Below are positions 55,164-64,000 of a stretch of 64,000 nt of DNA, one piece after another. The notes beneath the pieces are model-generated. The model was given only the letters and a program-made list of their open reading frames with translations. It did not search any database and was not told the origin of the DNA. The stretch is from Octopus vulgaris (lineage: Eukaryota), in the NCBI GenBank assembly GCA_951406725.2, contig OX597828.1, positions 28,086,001 to 28,150,000 on the forward strand, read 5' to 3'. A program made the translations under genes and the position numbers. Position 1 is the stretch's first letter. Each line of letters starts with the position of its first letter.

Positions 55164-56162
55164 TAATAGTTAATCCCATGCTGCCTACATATAAATCTGA
55201 AACCATTATTATGTAAATGACCAATAACTGGCATTCCATGAGTTGTGTGACCACAAAGGTTCCAGTTGATCTGATCAACCAAAAAGCCTGCTCTTGAAAT
55301 TAACACGTAAATGGCTGAGCACTCCACAGACACACATATGCCCTTAACGTAGTTCTCAGAAAGATTCAGAATGGCACAGAATGGGACAAGGCTGTCCTCT
55401 TTGAATTGCAGATTCAGCTCATTTTTGTGACCTGAGTGAACTGGAGCAAAACGTGAAATAAAGTGTCTTGCTCAAGGACACAATGCTTGGCCAGGAATCG
55501 AACTCACAACCTTATGATTGCAAGCTAAATGCCCCTAACCACTTAGCCATGTGCTTTCACTAAATGACAACCAATGGTTAAGAAGTTTACTTCTCAGCCA
55601 TGTGGCTTCGGGTTCAGTCCCACTACATGGCATCTTGTGCATGGGTCTTCTACTAATAACTCCGCATTGACCAATAACTTGTGAGAGAATTTGGTTGGCA
55701 GAAACTGTGAAAGCCCAACATAAATGTGTGTCTTCCTCCAACTCCACCAGTTAGTAACTGGTGTCAGTTTGTTTATGTCCTTGTAACTTAGCAGTTTGGC
55801 AAAAGGAGATTGATAGAATGAGTATCAAATCTAAAATAATTACAGGGGTCAATTCTTTCAACTAAACCTTTCAAGATGGTACTCCAGTATAGCCATAGTA
55901 CATTGAGTGAAACAAATAAAAAAATAACTATGGGATGTTGTAGAGAGTGAATCATTGTAGCATCCACTTTACTCTTTAGTTTCCATGTAGCAGATGACCC
56001 TGGATATTATTATATTTTTTTTTATAACCCAGTGATTCTTTTGACTCCTTCTATTACCATATTTCTGATGAAATATATTGTCTTACTTTGGGTTATTTTT
56101 TAAAATAATGAAGAATTTAGTAAAAAAAATTTGTCATGATTAAAGTAGCATTGAGAACATGT

Positions 56163-56320
56163 GGCATAAGAGTGGCTGCGTGGTAAGTAGCTTGCTTACG
56201 AACCACATGGTTCCAGGTTCAGTCCCACTGCATGGCACCTTGGGCAAGTGTCTTCTACTATAGCCTCGAGCCGACCAAAGCCTTGTGAGTGGATTTGGTA
56301 GACGGAAACTGAAAGAAGCC

Positions 56321-56376
<56 letters not shown>

Positions 56377-56590
56377 ATGTGTTGTGTGTCTGTGTTTGTC
56401 CCCCCAATATCGCTTGACAACCGATGCTGGTGTGTTTACGTCCCCGTAACTTAGCGGTTCGGCAAAAGAGACCGATAGAATAAGTACTAGGCTTACAACG
56501 AATAAGTCCTGGAGTCGATTTGCTCGACTAAAGGTGGTGCTCCAGCATGGCCACAGTCACGTGACTGAAACAAGTAAAAGAGTAAAGAGT
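56163..56590 (+). mobile_element. SINE family A
   Basis: Near-identical to 47536-47956. Confidence 0.9.
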
Positions 56591-57272
56591 ATGTATTAAT
56601 ATGAAATTTTCAGGGAATGTTTTAATTTAGATCAGTTTAAAAGAGAAAGTTTGTATTCTAGAACCAGAGGTGATCTCAGGTGGTCTCAGGTATGGAGAGG
56701 GCTTGAGCTTAACACTACAAAACTACCAAACTACTTATTTATCCATTCCAATGCTATATTTAAACTCCAAGCTGTCATCTCTTCCTTATTTTTCTTTTAG
56801 TTTGGTTTTATTTAATTATTTATTTATATGTGGTAAGATAATTTCCAAAATAATATATATCCTTATTTGGAATATTTCAGCGGGGAAGCGGCACCTTTTG
56901 ACAGTTTTGAGCAAGAATGACTGTTGTTTGGTTTTAAAAGTCACTTATAACATTTACTAACTTAGAGACAGTATATGTAAAACTTGTTTCCTTCTTCTTT
57001 TTTTTTTTTTTTACTTGTTATTTTTTTTTTTTTTTTTCGTTTTTCACCAGACTTCCATCTTTAGCACCTTTGTATAGATTTTCTGTCATTGCCAATCCAT
57101 GGCATTGATATTTCACAGCGTTTTACTTTAGCGGATAATGTAGTCTTGACAATGGACACATGGAATTACATGGACAAATAACTACATAAAAACATACTTC
57201 ATTAACAAATTTTTATCTACATTGAAGACTTCAACAAAGTTTTCCTTATCCTTTCTCTCTCAATCTCTCTCA

Positions 57273-57390
<118 letters not shown>

Positions 57391-57445
57391 CTTTTTTCTC
57401 TATCTTTGATAATCTTATCTTTTATACATTATTATATCTGTTCTT

Positions 57446-57492
<47 letters not shown>

Positions 57493-57750
57493 GTGTTACT
57501 TTATACATCTTTCTTTTTCCTTGAAGTTTCGGCCACTGTATACTACTTCTCTCAAACTTTCCCTTAAATCATCTCTTTCTCTACTTTCTTACATTTTCTA
57601 AATTACTTTTTCATAAAATATTCATCTCTCTCTCTTTCTTCCCCTCTCTCCCTCACACACAATTTAATATCACACTTCAACACCTCTCTCTCTCTCCGTT
57701 CTTTTACATTCAGTGTCTATCATTCTCTTTTCCTCTCTTGTATACACGTT

Positions 57751-57817
<67 letters not shown>

Positions 57818-58664
57818 CTTCCACTTAAAAACACACACACACACAACTTTCTAAGCTGTTGTAAGACCCAAGGCTACACATATTGGATGTAAAGATTTCA
57901 TCCCAAAATGCTACTTAAGTATAATCTTCCTTAAGGTCTACTCAATCCAGTTTTAAAGAGGAATGTACTTGGTTCTTCACCTTCTATTGATCTCAGCAAT
58001 TCTTCGGCTTTTTACTTCATGAATTTCTTGACCAAAGATTTGGCAAGAATTCTCTCCTCCACCTTCACCCCATCTAAATAATTTTAGAGCCACAATTTTC
58101 AGTTCCGTACCATACTGTCTTTCTCGGTGCATATTTTAGTCTCTCACAGACCTTTCCTGCCAGCATTTTGCATTCTTCCAGTCAGTCATCTTTAATCCAA
58201 CCAATTCTTAAATTCCAGCCCTTACCTCCTTCACCCCATAATCTCACAGACTCAATTTCTCAGTTATTCATCTCCTCCTTCCCCCACTCGCTATCATCAT
58301 CATCATTGCCACTTTCATATAATTTCTTTTGCATTTCTTTTTCTGTCAGATATTCTTATAACCAGACAAACACACGCATATACACACACATGTGCTTCTT
58401 CTATCTTTCTGAATTGATGGTCATTCTGTTCTGTAAACACATTTGTGTATATACATACACACACACACACACAGCATCTTTAGCTCTCACTCGCATGTTT
58501 TCATATATATATATATATATATATATAGATAGATAGATATAGATGTACATACATACATGCACAGATATATAAATACACAACTCAGTACACACACACATTC
58601 ACACACACATAAATATACACAGATATTTATACTTATATGATATATACTACATATATATAATCAT

Positions 58665-58726
58665 ATATGGATAGATACATACAGATAGATAGATAGATAT
58701 ATAGATAGATACATAGACACTTTGGC

Positions 58727-58757
<31 letters not shown>

Positions 58758-58778
58758 CAAACACTTTGGCAGACAGAC

Positions 58779-58843
<65 letters not shown>

Positions 58844-58858
58844 CTTTGGTAGATAGAT

Positions 58859-58896
<38 letters not shown>

Positions 58897-58955
58897 TAGA
58901 TAGTTAGATATATAGATAGACATTTTGACAGATAGATAGTTAGATTGTTAGATAA

Positions 58956-59020
<65 letters not shown>

Positions 59021-59190
59021 CACTTTGGCAAATAGACAGACAGACAGATAGATAGACATTTTGGCAGATAGATAGATAGATAGGTACTTTAGCAAATAGA
59101 TAGACAGACAGATAGATAGACTGAAAGACAGACAGACATCTTAGTGGATAGACAGACACTTTGGCAGATATATAGACAGACAGATAGATG
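58665..59190. repeat. (GATA)n/(GACA)n satellite with recurring cactttggca spacer
   Basis: Spacer variants at about 58718, 58762, 58843, 58921, 59021, 59056, 59085 and 59157. Confidence 0.93.
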
Positions 59191-59500
59191 TGTGTCTGCA
59201 TCTGTGCGTGTGTGTGTGTGTGTGTATGTTAGCTGTTTAGTCGGGTGCTTAGTTTCCGTGTTCATTACAATAGTCTTATCATCTGTCATCTTAAAACATT
59301 AATGTGTATTTACTATTAATTCTAAAATATTGTTCTAGTTTCTGCAAACTGTTCTGTTTACATAGTTTCTACTAAGTAACCAGTAACGGTGATAATGTTT
59401 GTGAAATTCATTATAACTTCATGTGTAGCAGTGTTGATGATAAGACCGAGTTCAGAGTTAGAGGTTATAATGTGATATCACCACTGATTGTAATTATGGC

Positions 59501-59546
<46 letters not shown>

Positions 59547-59785
59547 GCAGTAACAATGGTTTCTAGTGGAGGTAAAAGGCCTGAAATGTTTGTGGGAAAG
59601 GGCTAGTCCAGTTCATCAAACCCTGTATTATAACTGGTACCTATTTTTTTTGCCATATGTATATGTCAGCTGGATGAAAAGCAAAGTTGACCTTGGCAGA
59701 ATCTGAACTCAAAATGTAAAGACAGAAAAAACTGCTTCTAAGCGTTTTGTCCAAAGTGGTAACTATTCTGTCAGCTTGCCACCTC

Positions 59786-59816
59786 AATAATAATAATAAT
59801 AATAATAATAATAGTA

Positions 59817-59858
<42 letters not shown>

Positions 59859-59943
59859 GTAATAATAGTAATAGTAATAATAATAATAGTAATAATCATA
59901 ATAATAATAATAGTAATAGTAATAGTAAATAATAATAATAATC

Positions 59944-59975
<32 letters not shown>
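59786..59975. repeat. (AAT)n microsatellite
   Basis: Direct reading. Confidence 0.95.
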
Positions 59976-59976
<1 letters not shown>

Positions 59977-61970
59977 TTGATATTGCTTGTAATATGTTAT
60001 TGTTTGTGGTATTGCTATAGTATTATTACTGGTGATGTCAATACAATAATAATGATTGTAATAACAATACTGTGAAAAGGCATGAATGTCATGTAATCCT
60101 TCAACTTGTGTAAGAAATCAGCTTACAGGGATCATTCATCATCATCATCATCATCATCGTTTAACATCTGTTTCCATGCTGGCATGACTTTGACGGTTCA
60201 AGTGGGGTCTGGGAAGCCAGGAGGCTGCACCGGATTCCAGTCTGATCTGGCAGTGTTTCTACAGCTGGATGCCCTTCCTTATGCCAACCACTCCAAGAGT
60301 GTAGTGGGTGCTTTTTATGTGCCATCAGCACAGGGGCTAGAGTGGGGCTGGCAATGACTATGATCAGTTGGTGCTTTTTACATGCCACCGGCACAGGGAT
60401 CACGACTGCAATTTCCATTTGATTTTGAATGAAATATAATTGTTTGTGGTATTGCTATAGTATTATTACTGGTAATGTCAATACAATGATAATGATTGTA
60501 ATAACAATACTGTGAAAAGGCATGAATGTCATGTAATCCTTGACCTTGTCCAGGACAAACTGCAGTGAAAAGTCTTTACAGGTTCGAATACCTTTCAAGC
60601 ATTTTTTAACTGGTGTAAATTTGTATATTTGCCTTCACTGCTTCATGCATCTACTCATGCAGAAGTGTTGATATTTTGTCTAATATTTAATGCTAATCTA
60701 TAATGCAATTAATGTAGTATCATTAATGGTGATTAAGGCCATTATTTGTTTTTACATGCCACCGGCACAGGGATCACGACTGCAATTTCCATTTGATTTT
60801 GAATGAAATATAATTGTTGCTTCACTTGGTATCTGTTAATGATAACAATAAATGTAATATTACTGTTAGGCACAGGTATGGCTTGCCTAACAGAAACTGG
60901 CTTTGCATTCATGTGGTTTTGAGTTCAGTCCCACTGTACAGCACCTTAAGCATGTGTCTTTTACACACATACACATATCTATACATATATACATACATAT
61001 ATCTATATATGTATCTATAAACTTTCAAGGTGGTGTTCCCAGTATGGCCACAGTCCAATGACTGAATCAAGTAAATGATAAAAGTGTGTGTGATATCAAT
61101 ACAACTATGATGGTGTCATTCTACCTCTTCAGAAGCTGTGGAAATCATGCCTTCTCCATGGATATTAATGTAATAAAGGAAACTACTCATCATCTATTAT
61201 TTTTATGCTTGTGTTTCCCAACTGATGTGGCTTGGAGGAAACTGTTTCAGTAGCTTCGAAATATGAATATGCTAATCACTGTTGTATTTCATCATTGAAA
61301 TACAACAGAACCCAAAGTACCCTTAACATAAGGGTACTTTGGGACACCAGGTGTTTCATCTTCATTGTATCTCCTCAGTCAAAGCTACCACAGGTTGCTG
61401 AATCTAACTAAAGTGTTTGGCTCTTATTTATAAATTCATCAAGCAAATTATTTACTGATACATGTTGATATCTGCCAACCAGCAATAAACCATCTCGTAC
61501 ATGGTGAACAGCGGAAACTAGAGCGATGGTTTATTTAATATTCTTCTTCTCAATCAGGAAATAAGATTTTGAGGATTTCAGTCCATTCAATGCCTGTCTT
61601 TAATCAACTCTCAGTTCTTTGCCCCATTTTAGAGCCATTTTGGTCTTTGTTCAGGCTTTCACCATTCCAGTGGATTCCATCATAATGCTACTTTTTATAT
61701 CTTCCTCATGGTAGATACTCAGTGGTCTGGCAGAACTCTCTCATGGATTACACTTTCGCATCCAGTTTTGTGGAACATATTCTCTATTAACATTTTCTTG
61801 GTTCAGTAGCTATAGTAAATTTTCACCAAATATCCTCAATGGACATTCATAGATATTATTCACATCCTCTTGTACCACTCAGGTATTCTAAATTTTGTAA
61901 GACACTAGACTAAATTCATATTATTCAGTTCCTTTCTCTCAGTTCTGAGTTCAATCACCATTGAGGTATT

Positions 61971-62375
61971 ACTCTTTTACTCTTTTACTTGTTCCAGTCA
62001 TTTGATTGCGGCCATGCTGGAGCACCGCCTTTAATCGAGCAACTCGACCCCGGGATTTATTCTTTTGTAAGCCCAGTACTTATTCTATCGGTCTCTTTTG
62101 CCGAACCGCTAAGTAACGGAGACATAAACACACCAGCATCGGCTGTCAAGCAATGCTAGGTGGACAAACACAGACACACAAACACACACACGCATATATA
62201 TATATATACATATATACGACGGGCTTCTTTCAGTTTCCATCTACCAAATCCACTCGCAAGGCTTTGGTCGGCCCGAGGCTATAGTAGAAGACACTTGCCC
62301 AAGGTGCCACGCTGTGAGACTGAACCCGGAACCATGTGGTTGGTAGACAAGCTACTTGCCACACAGCCATTCCTG
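61971..62375 (-). mobile_element. SINE family A
   Basis: Reverse complement copy. Older or partial copies also near 1-660, 2685-3060, 18200-18500, 24160-24560, 33350-33735, 34020-34505, 42810-42935, 44530-44905 and 55575-55920. Confidence 0.88.
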
Positions 62376-62562
62376 ATGTATGTAACCAGGGTTATTTAAT
62401 TCCATTCAACCCACATGTAGCTTCAATGTAAGAAAATTTTGTTAACATTACAGCAGCAGTCCTCAACCTTTTTTTGGAGACTGGTTTCAAGCAAGACCAG
62501 GGGATGATGTGCATAACAAAATACAATAAAGTGCATAATATATAATTTGATTATTATATATA

Positions 62563-62840
62563 TGATGGACTCTCTCATCGAAAATGGCAATATGAGTGTT
62601 CGGCTTTAGCCAAATGACCTGCACAAATGATTGGTTTGTGCTACACATTAGCTCACTCGCTCCATCAAATTGACGGTACCTGAATAGGTGTACAGTGTAC
62701 CTCTCATCAGGTGTCAAAAGTGATTGCAGAGCAATGTGAGGTGAAGTGTTTTGCTCGAGAACACAACACACCACCCAGCCTAGGAATTGAAACCACAGTC
62801 TCACAATCATAACTGCAACACTTTATGCACTAGGCCATTT
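62563..62840 (-). mobile_element. tRNA-headed SINE directly downstream of the 5S segment
   Basis: Minus strand: A box tggcctagtg, B box ggtttcaattcc, then tgttctcgagcaaaacacttcacctcacattgctc, shared with the SINEs at 11437 and 7740-7870. Confidence 0.7.
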
Positions 62841-62955
62841 CACAGCACCTAGGTTTCCCAAGTGGTCACCCATGCAAGTACTAGCTAGACTTAATGTGGT
62901 TGAACTTTGGTAATCAGACAAGGACCAGTGCTTTCAACAGGATATGGCTGCTATA
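62841..62955 (-). pseudogene. 5S rRNA-derived sequence (degenerate, nearly full length)
   Basis: Reverse complement cagccatatcctgttgaaagcactggtccttgtctgattaccaaagttcaacc...tagtacttgcatgggtgaccacttgggaaacctaggtgctgtg follows the metazoan 5S consensus (ggccatacc...gaaagcacc...agtacttggatgggtgaccgcctgggaa...ggtgctgt). Confidence 0.85.
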
Positions 62956-63494
62956 TAATACATACACAATGCAAAAATGAAAACACACCGCAGATTGCAA
63001 TTGCCAATACAATAGAAATAAAATTTGAAATTTTGCCAGCTCCGTCTGGCACCTGTGCCGGTGGCATGTAAAAAGCACCCACTACACTCATGGAGTGGTT
63101 GGCGTTAGGAAGGGCATCCAGTCGTAGAAACATTGCCAGATCAGACAGGAGCCTGGTGCAGATTTCTGGCTTCCCAGACCCCAGTTGAATTGTCCAACCC
63201 ATGTTAGCATGGAAAGTGGATGCTAAACGTTGATGATGATGATGATGATGATGATATCCAGCCCAGTACCAAATCACCCATGACCCAATAGCCTAGTGGT
63301 TAGGGACCCCTGCATTACAAAACTATTATAAATTTCTTAATATTACTAATGATAGCCACAGGTTTGTGAAAGGGGTTTCAGATTCCTCCATAGAATGATA
63401 TTCCTCAAAGGTATTAGCGTACTAAATTACAAACATATGCATTGCACTTCTCTAATGCTTTAGGGAACAAACTTATCCATTATTAGACTTCTTA

Positions 63495-63532
<38 letters not shown>

Positions 63533-64000
63533 TACACATACATCTTTGAAGCATCATCATATCTAATTAAGAAATCATTATTAATGTATGTTCCTGGTAA
63601 CACTAATAATAAAGTTCATATCAGTTCAGACTAAAAGACAAATTATCATTTAATGATGATAATACACATAATATTCTTAATGCTTATGTTTGGAATTACA
63701 TGAGGCGCTAACTTTCTGTTTCTCAAATTAGGTGTTCCTGAAGTAGGGTAGGGGCAAGATGCTTAAACTTACTTATCGAAGGTCATTTTTCTAATTAAAA
63801 ACTGATTATTTAAAGCTGATAACATAGACGGTATCATCATCATCATCATCATTGTTTGATGCTCATTTTCTATTCTGACATGGATTGGTCAGTTTAAGAG
63901 GAACTAAGAAGTGAAAGCACTGCACCATGTTCCAATGTCTGCTTAAGAATAGTTTCCCAACACCAACTACTTTACAGAGTATACCAAGTGCTTTTTATGT

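Larger units (their letters stand above)
62454..63312. mobile_element. hAT MITE carrying two nested retroelement insertions
   Basis: TIRs cagcagtcctcaacc / ggttagggacccctg; TSD cattacag / cattacaa; contains a 5S-SINE composite and an RTE tail. Confidence 0.75.

Noticed and set aside
57900-58320. Coding-like or old LINE-like sequence (also 61150-61900)
   Set aside because: Multiple stops and no diagnostic motif that I can confirm by eye.
62841-62955. Functional 5S rRNA gene
   Set aside because: Many substitutions including CpG decay, no T-run terminator, single copy fused to a SINE inside a MITE.

Overview
AT-rich, microsatellite-dense metazoan genomic DNA, most likely an octopus/coleoid cephalopod (inferred from the repeat families; not verified). 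Almost all of the ORF track is microsatellite or SINE artefact. The only host coding sequence I can support is one 157-bp internal exon of WDR4/TRM82 (48865-49021, +), so the window is probably mostly intron. The rest is transposon-derived: at least three tRNA-headed SINE families, RTE LINE fragments and (GAT)n-tailed 3' ends, Tc1/mariner relics, hAT MITEs with 8-bp TSDs, a Penelope-like (RT C-terminus/GIY-YIG) fragment and a 5S rRNA-derived segment fused to a SINE head. The most notable signal is a set of minimal type I hammerhead ribozyme motifs from several unrelated Penelope/retrozyme-like families, often as inverted pairs beside (TA)n tracts. One family has a compensatory U3-A8 core on a long rod-like stem, one lies downstream of a tRNA-like B box, and one has seeded a ~68-bp chimeric minisatellite. 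All coordinates were read by eye; repeat boundaries are approximate.
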